Source: a virus (Duplodnaviria; Caudoviricetes). From it: a stretch of 64,000 nucleotides of DNA. The notes below the pieces were generated by a model. It was not told the DNA's origin and did no database searches. It was given only the letters and a program-made list of their open reading frames with translations. Of this stretch, positions 9,129 through 18,914 are shown piece after piece. The stretch lies in the IMG/VR virus record IMGVR_UViG_2974671799_000001, positions 32,001 to 96,000 of that record, one strand, 5' to 3'. The position numbers were made by a program, and so were the translations under genes. The first letter of the stretch is position 1, and the number at the start of each line of letters is the position of its first letter.

Positions 9129-9473
9129 TTATTTAAAAACTCCTTTAGCTTCTTGCTTTTCCAACTGTTCCATGATTAAATCATATCTACATTCGAACTT
9201 ATCAACCATTGAATGCTTTATTCTAATTTGAATCTTATGCTTGAATCCAAATCTAATTAAAAAAGCTTTATCTTCTCCTATAATAGACGAAACAACATTA
9301 GAATAACCACACTTCATATTATCGAATGAGAATATGTACATGAATTTTCTGAACTCAATACCACTACCTAACTTATGAATCTCGACACCTAAAAGGCTTG
9401 ATTCATCATTTAAAAGCTCTTCATACTTTTTATAGAACTCTTCTCTTAATTCTAAATATCTAGATTTTTCCAT
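9129..9473 (-). CDS. Hypothetical protein
   Basis: ORF overlapping upstream gene. Confidence 0.6.
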   Translation of the reverse strand: MEKSRYLELREEFYKKYEELLNDESSLLGVEIHKLGSGIEFRKFMYIFSFDNMKCGYSNVVSSIIGEDKAFLIRFGFKHKIQIRIKHSMVDKFECRYDLIMEQLEKQEAKGVFK

Positions 9474-9858
9474 ATATTCGTTTTTTGTGAAATCTATACA
9501 AATGGTTTATTGGATAAGGCATATATGTGATATATTGTTTATGTTTTCTATGCATTTTATTATTGTTCATTTCATGTGTATTTACCAATTTGCGTAAATC
9601 TAAATCGATTGTAACACCATCCATAAATAATAAAGTCCAAAGAACATTATTTTTTACATCAATAGATATCAAGTGTGAATCTTTTGTATAAAATTTAAAA
9701 TCTTTTCTGCTATCCATTTCAGAAATATCAACATATCTAGTTTCATTAGGAATTGATGTTTCATATATAACAAAAATTCGACCTGTATTCCAAACAATAC
9801 TAACACCATTAACGTGTACAAATTTATTGTTTTTACTGAAAATTATCCTGTCTTTCAT
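9460..9858 (-). CDS. Hypothetical protein
   Basis: ORF in overlapping gene run. Confidence 0.6.
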   Translation of the reverse strand: MKDRIIFSKNNKFVHVNGVSIVWNTGRIFVIYETSIPNETRYVDISEMDSRKDFKFYTKDSHLISIDVKNNVLWTLLFMDGVTIDLDLRKLVNTHEMNNNKMHRKHKQYITYMPYPINHLYRFHKKRIYGKI

Positions 9859-10330
9859 AAATATGTTTTAATGTTTGTAAATCAACCTCAAAAAATATTT
9901 TAACCATATTCATTGAATGTTCAGACCAACGAATTTTATTATGCTCCGTATGTAAATCCAAATCAGCTAAAAGAACATTATTTGCTTGATGGAACAACAT
10001 AACATCATACCAACCCTTATTATCATTGTATGTGATAACATAATTCATCAATTCATCTAAGGCATCAACTAAATTTGATGTTTGACTAAACCAATAGAAT
10101 ACATCACCATCCTTATTATACATAGTGTGTACAAAATCATTTTCATCAAATCCGATAGCATTTGCTTTTGCCTCTATTGTATAAAAATTATCACTCAAAT
10201 ATGAATCTTTCGCAAATTCTTCTATTTGATTGTGATATTGTTCACGTTGTTCATCATATTCATCAACACGCATTACTGTGAATCGTGTGTTTTCATTATT
10301 CCTAACTAAATCTAAAATATTACTTTCCAT
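9833..10330 (-). CDS. Hypothetical protein
   Basis: 165-aa ORF. Confidence 0.65.
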   Translation of the reverse strand: MESNILDLVRNNENTRFTVMRVDEYDEQREQYHNQIEEFAKDSYLSDNFYTIEAKANAIGFDENDFVHTMYNKDGDVFYWFSQTSNLVDALDELMNYVITYNDNKGWYDVMLFHQANNVLLADLDLHTEHNKIRWSEHSMNMVKIFFEVDLQTLKHIYERQDNFQ

Positions 10331-10436
10331 TGTTTAATTTTTTAATACTGGTAATTTTGAAAGTGGAATGTATAAAAGAATTGCTGTGATAGCTATTACA
10401 ATTAAAGCTTCAATAATTAATTTTTTCTTATTTTCT

Positions 10437-11015
10437 TTAAAGTAGCTCATTACTAGCGTGTATATTATTAATAACTTCACTAATATCACTATGTCTATGG
10501 TCTTGATTTGTTTCATATCTGAAATAAGGCATCCCAGTAGCTAAGAAAGCATTATCCAACTCATCATAATTAAGAACATCATCATTACCACCAATATAAA
10601 CATAAGTATTTGTATTACTAGGTTTAACTATTTTGTTTTTGAAACCATCGGCATACTCTTTTGTAACTTCTAACTTAACACCAGTAACAAAATTTTCATA
10701 TGTGTTACCGATTCTTTTAACCATGTTAGTATATGGGTTATAACTTGGATTTATTAAATGAAAATCAACATCTTTATTTTTATCAGCAATTTGAAGACAG
10801 AACCAACCACCTAAACTACAACCAACAACTACTTCAATATCGAATTTATCAATGAATTTTTGCAATCTATCTAAATCAGAATCAACATCATTACTATAAT
10901 TGAAATGATAAACTGTATTGAAAGTATTTCTCAAAGTTCCATATTTAGAACCTTTACCACCATTGAATCCGTTTAAAAATAGTATATTCTTCATAATTGT
11001 TATTGTTTTTAACAC
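10437..11015 (-). CDS. Alpha/beta hydrolase, YqiA/UPF0227-like esterase
   Basis: LFLNGF, GCSLGG nucleophile elbow, LINP, GGNDDVL, DHRH; likely start MKNILF. Confidence 0.8.
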   Translation of the reverse strand: MLKTITIMKNILFLNGFNGGKGSKYGTLRNTFNTVYHFNYSNDVDSDLDRLQKFIDKFDIEVVVGCSLGGWFCLQIADKNKDVDFHLINPSYNPYTNMVKRIGNTYENFVTGVKLEVTKEYADGFKNKIVKPSNTNTYVYIGGNDDVLNYDELDNAFLATGMPYFRYETNQDHRHSDISEVINNIHASNELL

Positions 11016-11074
11016 TACAAATATAGTGAATTATATTTATATAAAACAAAAAATCGAGATAAAAAATCTCGATT

Positions 11075-11623
11075 TTATTTCTTAGGATTTCCTAAGATAA
11101 TTTTTTCATGAGGTTCACCACCGATTTCTCGTGTATAATGAAAACCATCATCATTATAAGATAAAATTTCCTTTCCTAAAATATCTTTTGCATACTTTGA
11201 TGGTATTGGAACAGCTCCTTTCTTTATTTGATATCCCGCAGAAGCACCACTAAATTCACCCCATGCTCTACCTAATTTAATATCTTCCATGTAAATATCC
11301 TTAACACCCTTCTTCCCCAAATCTGTTCCATCAGAACCTTTAGCTATAGCTTTACGACCTTTTTTATCTTTATATAGCGCGACTGCTACTATTCTACCTT
11401 CTCTTCTTACCATTTTTATAAAATCGGTTTTGTTGATGAGGTCTTCTTTTGTCTTTGCTGTAAGAAAACCACCAATAGGTGCATAAGTTCTTTGCAAAAT
11501 ATCCCAAATAACATCGATATTTTCTCTCATTTGCTCCTTTGATGTCAAATTAACATAACGCTCATTTATAATCGTTTCCTGTTCATTGATTTTTTCTTCT
11601 AAATATTCACTTATATTAACCAT
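11075..11623 (-). CDS. Putative virion-internal protein with capsid-targeting-like N-terminus
   Basis: MVNISEYLEEKINE; CATAAATA late-like box at 11640-11647; own terminator near 11050-11076. Confidence 0.6.
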   Translation of the reverse strand: MVNISEYLEEKINEQETIINERYVNLTSKEQMRENIDVIWDILQRTYAPIGGFLTAKTKEDLINKTDFIKMVRREGRIVAVALYKDKKGRKAIAKGSDGTDLGKKGVKDIYMEDIKLGRAWGEFSGASAGYQIKKGAVPIPSKYAKDILGKEILSYNDDGFHYTREIGGEPHEKIILGNPKK

Positions 11624-11648
11624 AATTTCTTGTTTAAAATATTTATGG

Positions 11649-12020
11649 TTAAGATGTTAATATTTGCATCCAAGTGTCATACTCTTTATCATAATACCAA
11701 TTAGTGTTATCTTCAAAAATATGAACAATATAACCATGATGTAATAATGATTTATCTAAATTTATTCTATCATCATGAGTATAAAGATTATAAGTGTATT
11801 TTGGTAACTCATTCTTTTCAAACAAAATTGTTAAAAATAAACTGAAACACACTATAAATATCGATGTCGAAATTATTAAAATAATGAATAATAAGTCTTT
11901 ATACAACATCATTTCATCAACTTTAATCATAAAAAATATATTTAAAGCTGATACAAAACCGCTTACAATTGAAATTAAAGCTGATAAAATTAAGAATTGT
12001 TTTCTGTGTTTTCTAAACAT
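11649..12020 (-). CDS. Two-TM membrane protein
   Basis: Two hydrophobic segments. Confidence 0.6.
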   Translation of the reverse strand: MFRKHRKQFLILSALISIVSGFVSALNIFFMIKVDEMMLYKDLLFIILIISTSIFIVCFSLFLTILFEKNELPKYTYNLYTHDDRINLDKSLLHHGYIVHIFEDNTNWYYDKEYDTWMQILTS

Positions 12021-12023
12021 AAT

Positions 12024-12194
12024 CTATAGTCCTTTAAAATATTCATCAAATTTTTCTTTACCCCAACAATCACTACCACCTAGATTGTCCTTAATCCAAA
12101 TACAATCATCATCTTTTTCCCACCTATAAACTGAATAGGTTTCCCCTTTATCATAGTGTTCTAAATCATCTGTTATACAAGTTACTTCAATCAT
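12024..12194 (-). CDS. 56-aa hypothetical protein (not in ORF track)
   Basis: MIEVTCITDDLEHYDKGETYSVY...; fills the gap before the next gene. Confidence 0.5.
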   Translation of the reverse strand: MIEVTCITDDLEHYDKGETYSVYRWEKDDDCIWIKDNLGGSDCWGKEKFDEYFKGL

Positions 12195-12313
12195 AATATT
12201 AATAAGGTCTATTTAATAATATGATTGCGAATAATCCAGTAAATAACATTGTTAACAAAATCATTAAACCTATCCAAAGTTTAAAATCTTCTTTATTATA
12301 TTTCTGTTTAATA

Positions 12314-13192
12314 CTATTTTTCATTTTGTAAAACTGTTAATATCTCTTTTTTCCAATCGTTTTTAGTGCTATAATGTATAGCTATCACTTTTGGATTATA
12401 CTTCGGAAAAAGCACTATTTCATGCTCACAATCATCTAAAAGACATTTAACATTCACTTTGTTTTTCAATAAGAAGTGTGCCTTATCTTCATGCTCTGTA
12501 AAATAAATATCTTTAGTTGGTATTCCTAATCTTTTTGAAACAACGAATAAATCATTATTACCTGTAAATTCAACATTACGAACTTGAACAGGATTTTTAC
12601 TCCTAGTTGTACAAATACCGATTTTAAAACCCGATTTCTGCAATTCTTTTGCAAATTCTTCAACTAAGCTCACGTTTAATGTAGAATCAAAGTCGAAAAG
12701 CACATCATATTGAGTTTTTAAACTTTTATTTTTTGGCATTTCACATGGGTATAACTTACCGTCTCGTCTAAGTGTCATTAGTCTATGGCAAAATTCTTGT
12801 TCTGTGAGAACTGTTTCGTTTATATTTCTACGACCCATTGAATGAGTTAGCTTTCCCGATGTACTATGCAAAGCTTTTCTGAACTTTTCCGATTGTTCAT
12901 ACATTGCATTATAAGCACGATTTAAAAGAACTTGATATTCTTTAGAATCTCTTTTCATTGGTTTACCTTGCCAATATAATGTTTGTGTTCTATACCACTT
13001 CTTTTTCTTACCTTTGAACTTAGCTTTCTTACCAAAATATGTACATACTTCCTTCTGTATTTCGATACCTGAAAACTTCAATGACTGTAAAAAACCTTCC
13101 ATGAAGCAATCATAACCATCCAATTTAAAGGCGTTTGCTGAGAAGTTAGATAAAACATTTGATGGATAATTCCCATTACTACCTATATCCAT
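12314..13192 (-). CDS. NADAR (T4 gp30.3-like) domain fused to a HAD-family phosphatase
   Basis: N-term YPSNVLSNF...EGFLQSLKF...LYWQG...LTHSMG; C-term VLFDFDSTL, CTTR, K, LLDD. Confidence 0.75.
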   Translation of the reverse strand: MDIGSNGNYPSNVLSNFSANAFKLDGYDCFMEGFLQSLKFSGIEIQKEVCTYFGKKAKFKGKKKKWYRTQTLYWQGKPMKRDSKEYQVLLNRAYNAMYEQSEKFRKALHSTSGKLTHSMGRRNINETVLTEQEFCHRLMTLRRDGKLYPCEMPKNKSLKTQYDVLFDFDSTLNVSLVEEFAKELQKSGFKIGICTTRSKNPVQVRNVEFTGNNDLFVVSKRLGIPTKDIYFTEHEDKAHFLLKNKVNVKCLLDDCEHEIVLFPKYNPKVIAIHYSTKNDWKKEILTVLQNEK

Positions 13193-13257
13193 AATATAAA
13201 AATTTTGGTAAAAATAAAAAATCCTTTGGAAAACACCAAAGGATTTTTGTAATTAAT

Positions 13258-13971
13258 TTAACAATTGTATTTTGCTCTAACTCTATCAACTTCTGCTATA
13301 AGTTTTTTAGTCTCTTCAAAACAGAAATATAAGTACCCCAAACAATCACCTTTCTTATCGATAGAAATAGAACAAGTTAATTCACGAACATCATCAGCAC
13401 TTAACTTAGCCAAGTGTTCATAAATTTCTTTAACCGAAACGTTACTCATATCTAACTCTTTACTTCTTGAATCGTAATCATCTGATATCCTTTCAATATT
13501 ACTTTTAGTCTTATAAATATAAGTTGTGTTAATTATTTTTGCTTTTTCTACGATTTCTAAAATTTCATCATTGTAATATTTTGATAAAATAGTTTCTTTA
13601 ATATCCTGTAACTCTTTTTCCCATGTATTGAATAACCTAGAAATTTTATTAATGTATTTTAATTCCAAATTTTTATTACTGTTTTCAGAATCATAATAAT
13701 ACCAATCTTCGATAACATCTAAGTCCTCATTTAATCTCATTCCGAAATATGAAGTTTCACCTAATTCAAATTTAACAAATAATTCGGTTTTACCACTAAT
13801 TGATGTAAATACAGACATTTTTGCATCATGTTGTAAATCAATTATATTATTCAAGTACTTGAATGAATTTTTTGATTCATCGATGAACTTATAAACTTCA
13901 CTTACTTTATTATAATCTAATACAATATCCTCTGCTTTTCTTAACTGTGATAATTTTGTAATTCTAGTCAT
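13258..13971 (-). CDS. Hypothetical protein
   Basis: 237-aa ORF with promoter 14008-14039 and terminator 13217-13248. Confidence 0.7.
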   Translation of the reverse strand: MTRITKLSQLRKAEDIVLDYNKVSEVYKFIDESKNSFKYLNNIIDLQHDAKMSVFTSISGKTELFVKFELGETSYFGMRLNEDLDVIEDWYYYDSENSNKNLELKYINKISRLFNTWEKELQDIKETILSKYYNDEILEIVEKAKIINTTYIYKTKSNIERISDDYDSRSKELDMSNVSVKEIYEHLAKLSADDVRELTCSISIDKKGDCLGYLYFCFEETKKLIAEVDRVRAKYNC

Positions 13972-14036
13972 TTTGTTTTATTTTTTAATTATTAAATATC
14001 TACACGTCAAATATACAACATTATCTTTTAACCACC

Positions 14037-14101
14037 AAATTTTTAACACATTTTTGTCACAAATATATACTAAATTTGTGACAAAAACGTGTTAAAAATT
14101 T
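14037..14101. repeat. 28-bp inverted repeat with 9-nt loop
   Basis: AAATTTTTAACAC(A/G)TTTTTGTCACAAAT arms, one mismatch. Confidence 0.85.
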
Positions 14102-14220
14102 TCTTTAACTATCTGATTTTTAATTTCTTATATAAAAAAATCACTTTCTATAAAAATTTTTTTATACTACATAATATATAAGTGCTATTTTGGTATTAAA
14201 AATAATAATAATTAATAGTA

Positions 14221-15210
14221 CTAAATATTAGCTCCATTTTTCATTCTATATTCTAAAGATTCTTCCAAACCTGTTGTTAATAATTCAACTAATTCATTAA
14301 GTTTGTTCATGAAACCTTTAAATGCAAATTCTGTTTGGAACTCTAGGACACCGATTTCACCTTCTTCATCTTGGTATAAGTCAATTGATAACCAAGGGTA
14401 ATTGAATTTATTTAAAACTTCTTGTACTTTAATAATAGTATCATTTATTTTTACCAATAATTTTTCTTCCAATTCAGGTAAAGAATTTACATCAAAATCT
14501 TCTTGAATATTTGACTTTTTAAGACCATTCTTTGATGTTGATGAAGAAACCCTTTCATAAATCATGAAACCACTATTTGTTACGATTGCTCTAAATTCCC
14601 TCTTTATATTAACCTTTTCCTGAATAGCAAAATCAAAATCTCTTAAAACCTGTTGAGAATATGAAATCTCTTCCCTAATCATTGGGTCTTGCTTTTCAGA
14701 TATACTTTCTAATTCACTAATGAATGATGTATTATACGAGTTATCTAATGCTTTTTGTAATGATAAATTGTCATACAATTCAACACCCCAACCTTTAGCA
14801 CCGTTTAAAGGTTTTATGACAAATTCATCCATATCTTTCGTACCTGATAGAATCTCACCAAATGTCTTGTATGGTTTATTAGTTTTTTCATTATAGAATG
14901 TATTTGGAGTTTTGATATTGAATGAATTTAAAACAATATGTTGTTGAATCTTATTCAAACGCGCCTGTCTTCCAACAATAGGTGCATTGTGTATAAACTC
15001 TATTATGTCATTCTCTAGTGAACCACCATCTTTAGATTCTAAATCATGAAAACAGTTTTCAGGAATGTATAAAATACCATCCAAATCATCACTAAATTCA
15101 TGTACGAAATCGAAATTACTACTAATCAATCCAATCATCGGATATTTCTTAACCTGTTCTGTTATATAAATTTTCTTCATAATAATTAAAAATAGAACCT
15201 CTAAAAACAT
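14221..15210 (-). CDS. ATP-grasp ligase, RimK-like
   Basis: FVIKPLNGAKGWGV, IQEKV..REFR, SIDL, VLEFQ; likely start MKKIY. Confidence 0.75.
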   Translation of the reverse strand: MFLEVLFLIIMKKIYITEQVKKYPMIGLISSNFDFVHEFSDDLDGILYIPENCFHDLESKDGGSLENDIIEFIHNAPIVGRQARLNKIQQHIVLNSFNIKTPNTFYNEKTNKPYKTFGEILSGTKDMDEFVIKPLNGAKGWGVELYDNLSLQKALDNSYNTSFISELESISEKQDPMIREEISYSQQVLRDFDFAIQEKVNIKREFRAIVTNSGFMIYERVSSSTSKNGLKKSNIQEDFDVNSLPELEEKLLVKINDTIIKVQEVLNKFNYPWLSIDLYQDEEGEIGVLEFQTEFAFKGFMNKLNELVELLTTGLEESLEYRMKNGANI

Positions 15211-15292
15211 TACTGTGAAACTTGGCTCTAATTAGTTTACTTTAATCGTGTTTCCACCCATTTAAGGGAATTGTACTGATTTCTTTTATTAC

Positions 15293-15577
15293 TTATGTTC
15301 TTAGTGGAAAACCACTATCATTTACTTCAATTTTTGTTTTTAAACCTAAAGGTTTTGAACCTCTTCTTATAACATAATCCGCACAAGCAATATACTTATT
15401 ACCTTTGTAAATAACAATATACTCTTTTGGAACTTTTGTATGACCTATAAGTTTTATTTCATCAACCTTACCACTCATTAAAACACCATTTAATGAAACG
15501 AATGTTATTAAATCACCTTCCTTAATGTCTGTGATTTCACCTTGATTATAAAAATCTATCGATAATGCGTATCTCAT
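15293..15577 (-). CDS. Hypothetical protein
   Basis: 94-aa ORF. Confidence 0.6.
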   Translation of the reverse strand: MRYALSIDFYNQGEITDIKEGDLITFVSLNGVLMSGKVDEIKLIGHTKVPKEYIVIYKGNKYIACADYVIRRGSKPLGLKTKIEVNDSGFPLRT

Positions 15578-15579
15578 AA

Positions 15580-15909
15580 TTATTCTTTATAAAACGATTT
15601 ATTATTATTTGGGTTTATTAACTCCACTTTGTATTTTCCATCTGTACACTCAATTTCCATAATATCTTCGGGAACATCTTCACCAAAGAAAATACTCCTA
15701 TTACAGTCACAAGCATAATTTCCATCAGACCATTGATATGTAGAAACTCCACCATCATTTAGAAAACATGACATATCATGTTCTATAGTTTTAGTCTTTC
15801 CGTCAAATACTCTTGTTATAATAACAGTTGATTCAACACGTTCGTTATTATTTATATTGAAATCTTTATGTTCTAATTTAGAACCGTCTAAGTATTTTTT
15901 AACTACCAT
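15580..15909 (-). CDS. Phage protein with WxxGNYxCDCNR motif
   Basis: WSDGNYACDCNRSIFF plus downstream Cys; likely metal-binding. Confidence 0.65.
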   Translation of the reverse strand: MVVKKYLDGSKLEHKDFNINNNERVESTVIITRVFDGKTKTIEHDMSCFLNDGGVSTYQWSDGNYACDCNRSIFFGEDVPEDIMEIECTDGKYKVELINPNNNKSFYKE

Positions 15910-15912
15910 AAT

Positions 15913-16314
15913 TTAAAAGCATTTAAAATTATTACAATCATCATTCGAGCATTTAATACCACTCATTTTTTCAACCATGTAATGACCACATTCATTACAT
16001 TTCTCTGCATCATTTATTGGCTCTTTTTCAATATACTCATCCCAATGGTCGTTTTCAGTATTATCCCATTCCTCAACTAAAGCAGAATTACCAGTAGCAA
16101 CTTTTACATCACCATTTTTCAAATCTTCTAGAGATTTCAAAGAAGCGTCTTTCATGAAGTCTAAAGTTTCATCAGGAATACTTTGATTATTTTTTCTTAG
16201 GAAAACATATGCTTCCATAATTGATTCTTTTGTTACCATAATCACAATATTATATTTCAACATCCCACATATTAGGATAGTTTTTATTATTTGAAAATTC
16301 AATTTCATTACCAC
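15913..16314 (-). CDS. Hypothetical protein with C-terminal Zn ribbon
   Basis: CNECG...CSNDDC; likely start MVTKE. Confidence 0.6.
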   Translation of the reverse strand: MVMKLNFQIIKTILICGMLKYNIVIMVTKESIMEAYVFLRKNNQSIPDETLDFMKDASLKSLEDLKNGDVKVATGNSALVEEWDNTENDHWDEYIEKEPINDAEKCNECGHYMVEKMSGIKCSNDDCNNFKCF

Positions 16315-16444
16315 ACTTAGGACATTTAAAGCCTAAATTTATCAAGTCTTTCCATTTACCATCTATTAAAACAAACGGTTCTGCTATACCATCGGTAGCA
16401 ACTATATGTTTACATTCACAATTCATATTCTTTAAATTTACCAT
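16250..16444 (-). CDS. Small Zn-ribbon protein
   Basis: CECKH...CPKCG. Confidence 0.55.
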   Translation of the reverse strand: MVNLKNMNCECKHIVATDGIAEPFVLIDGKWKDLINLGFKCPKCGNEIEFSNNKNYPNMWDVEI

Positions 16445-16637
16445 TTGTGTAAACTTTAACTTTTTTGAATCCCTTTGATTTTAGATATGATTTTGCCTGT
16501 CTTAATGGACTTTTAAATTCATTATTACCTTCCCAAAAAACAGGACAATCATTAGGTATTCTAAAATCTTTAGGGTATTCATATAAATAATACCTTGTGT
16601 AATTAACACTACTATCTTTTAAAATAGAACACTCCAT
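16416..16637 (-). CDS. Hypothetical protein
   Basis: 73-aa ORF. Confidence 0.55.
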   Translation of the reverse strand: MECSILKDSSVNYTRYYLYEYPKDFRIPNDCPVFWEGNNEFKSPLRQAKSYLKSKGFKKVKVYTNGKFKEYEL

Positions 16638-16640
16638 ATC

Positions 16641-16910
16641 TTATGCGTGTAAATATTCATCATTATTGAAAAACCCAGTAGTACTAGTTCTATAAGTATC
16701 GAAATCCTTTTCATTAGCTAATCTATAATTTATTTTATGAATATCAATGTCGTAGAATCCAACATTCTCACACATTGTAGAACCTCTCAAAACACTTGCA
16801 CTTAATACATTAAAAATATTAGGTTTTTGTGGGAAAATATACCCTAAAGTATTTTCATTTCCTACTACTAATAATATTTTGTTATCAGGGTTTTGAATTT
16901 GATTTTTCAT
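16641..16910 (-). CDS. Hypothetical protein
   Basis: ORF after promoter 16935-16964. Confidence 0.65.
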   Translation of the reverse strand: MKNQIQNPDNKILLVVGNENTLGYIFPQKPNIFNVLSASVLRGSTMCENVGFYDIDIHKINYRLANEKDFDTYRTSTTGFFNNDEYLHA

Positions 16911-17003
16911 GTTTATTTGTTTTTAAATATATAACAAATATAAAACTATTTTTTAGTTACACAATGAAAAAATCCAAAAACTTTAAAAGTTTTTGGATTT
17001 TTA

Positions 17004-17351
17004 TTACTTTTTATCTGAAAAATAAGGATTTTCTAAAAACCTAGGGTCTTCAAAAAGTTCATTAAACTTTTCACCTAATTCACCTCTAAATTTTAAAAGA
17101 TGTTCAATAATGGTATCAACTTTACCAACAAACTCTTTTCTTTCATCTTCTGTATCACAGAAGTTCCAAAGTCTCATAGCTACGTTACAATCTGTTATTC
17201 TCAATTGACATTTAGGACGGTCTTTTTGTTGCTTATACATCTTTGAATGAATCGCGGCAGTTGAGTTAACAGATTCGGGTGCGATAAATTCTTTAGCGTT
17301 TATAAAAGTTGCTGTTCCTAATTCTAATGTGTTGATTAAATTGTTTGACAT
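17004..17351 (-). CDS. Hypothetical protein
   Basis: Promoter 17388-17418, terminator about 16968-17002. Confidence 0.7.
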   Translation of the reverse strand: MSNNLINTLELGTATFINAKEFIAPESVNSTAAIHSKMYKQQKDRPKCQLRITDCNVAMRLWNFCDTEDERKEFVGKVDTIIEHLLKFRGELGEKFNELFEDPRFLENPYFSDKK

Positions 17352-17426
17352 AATTATAAATTTTTGTTATTAAATTGATTTCTGACACAAATATAAATTG
17401 TTATTTTTTATTACGCAATAAAAATT

Positions 17427-18305
17427 TTAAATTTTTTCATAATAAACCGTACTAGTCAAACCTTGGAATAAAATAGGTCTTTTATCTTCAATACGAATAA
17501 CATTAGTTAACCAAGTCCAATCACCTGATGCTTTTAAAGGAAACCAAGCATAAAAAACACTTCTATGTATAAAATCCCTATCAATTGCTTTAGGATTTAA
17601 CTTCTTTAGTGAATCGATAATCTCTAAAATAGAAGGATAAAATAAGTTTCTATGTGGCTCAGTATTTCTAACAGAGTAAACATCTAAACTCTTATAAGAA
17701 TCTATATTATCAGCCAAATATCTAAATGATTCGTTGTACAATTCCTTTTCAAGCTCTTCATAGTTAATAAAAACATCTTTTGTGTGTTTATCTATAATAG
17801 ATTTGAAATCAAAGCCATCCATTAAACCCATACCCAAAAACAATATTTTAAAATCTTTCTTAAAATCATACTCATAAACGCGTAAGCTCAACTTATATCT
17901 TGCATCATCATTTTCAGTATCGAAACCATAATCTGAATTTATCCTTTCATTAGAATTTGGAAGTAATACTGAAATACAATAATTAACGAATTTAACAATT
18001 TCTGTATTCAATGGATTCTTATATGGTGTTGTTTCAATAACTTGTAATAGCATTCTACCACCATCAATTCTCTCACCACCATTAAGAACATGAGTTAAAA
18101 TCCATAAATCATGATAAAACTCTTCATGATTGAATGTGATGTTATTTTCTTCTTTATTAACTAATTGGACTCTATTATTTAACATTTTCTCAATGTCTTC
18201 TTTTGATGGGAATTTAAGTCCACTTTTATTTGATGGTATCACAAATTCTAATTCCCTACCATGTATTTTTAATTTCATACTAGTTGATATTATTTTAATG
18301 TTCAT
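17427..18305 (-). CDS. Hypothetical protein
   Basis: 292-aa ORF. Confidence 0.7.
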   Translation of the reverse strand: MNIKIISTSMKLKIHGRELEFVIPSNKSGLKFPSKEDIEKMLNNRVQLVNKEENNITFNHEEFYHDLWILTHVLNGGERIDGGRMLLQVIETTPYKNPLNTEIVKFVNYCISVLLPNSNERINSDYGFDTENDDARYKLSLRVYEYDFKKDFKILFLGMGLMDGFDFKSIIDKHTKDVFINYEELEKELYNESFRYLADNIDSYKSLDVYSVRNTEPHRNLFYPSILEIIDSLKKLNPKAIDRDFIHRSVFYAWFPLKASGDWTWLTNVIRIEDKRPILFQGLTSTVYYEKI

Positions 18306-18307
18306 GA

Positions 18308-18658
18308 TTAATTATAAATTAAATAACAAAAGTAAATGAAAGTACCCGATGTTAGTTTATCAACATCCTCTTCACTATCATAACCTTTTGAAATCAACGA
18401 TTTCTTAAACGTTTCTAAATTAGCAGTATCGCTTTTTGTGAATGAAAACTTTTCTGATATAATAAATGCCTCCATTCTTTTTTTAGCACTATTAACACAC
18501 TTCAAATACTTAACTGTTTGTGTTTCAGCACATGATTGACAAACTGGTGAGTTTGTTGGTTCATGCCAATATTGTGTTTCTTTAGAGCATAAAGTACAAC
18601 GTTCATTAACCCCGAAGTTTTCAAATAATTCAGGGTCTTCTTTAACTACCTTAATCAT
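18308..18658 (-). CDS. Zn-finger-like hypothetical protein
   Basis: CTLC...CQSC. Confidence 0.6.
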   Translation of the reverse strand: MIKVVKEDPELFENFGVNERCTLCSKETQYWHEPTNSPVCQSCAETQTVKYLKCVNSAKKRMEAFIISEKFSFTKSDTANLETFKKSLISKGYDSEEDVDKLTSGTFIYFCYLIYN

Positions 18659-18878
18659 CTTTTGGCTTCTTTTTATATAACCTTACAAGTCTATCATAGT
18701 AAGCCTCATCAACCTCTAAAATCTCGCCTTTATATTCAACCCAAAACTTGAAACCATTATGTGTTCTCCAAAATTTACGACCGTCTTTTAACTCACGTTC
18801 GTTAATTCGTCTTTCACTAACAGGTGTTTCAACATTAACTTCTTCCTCTTTATTAATAAATTTAAAAAATACTCCCAT
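18651..18878 (-). CDS. Hypothetical protein
   Basis: ORF after promoter 18901-18932. Confidence 0.6.
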   Translation of the reverse strand: MGVFFKFINKEEEVNVETPVSERRINERELKDGRKFWRTHNGFKFWVEYKGEILEVDEAYYDRLVRLYKKKPKDD

Positions 18879-18914
18879 AATTTATAATTTTTTGTTTCAC
18901 CAAATATAGTGAAA

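Noticed and set aside
14160-14190. dif/Xer site (CATAA-TATATA core; similar core at 28386-28396)
   Set aside because: The XerD arm TTATGTTAAAT is absent at the required position
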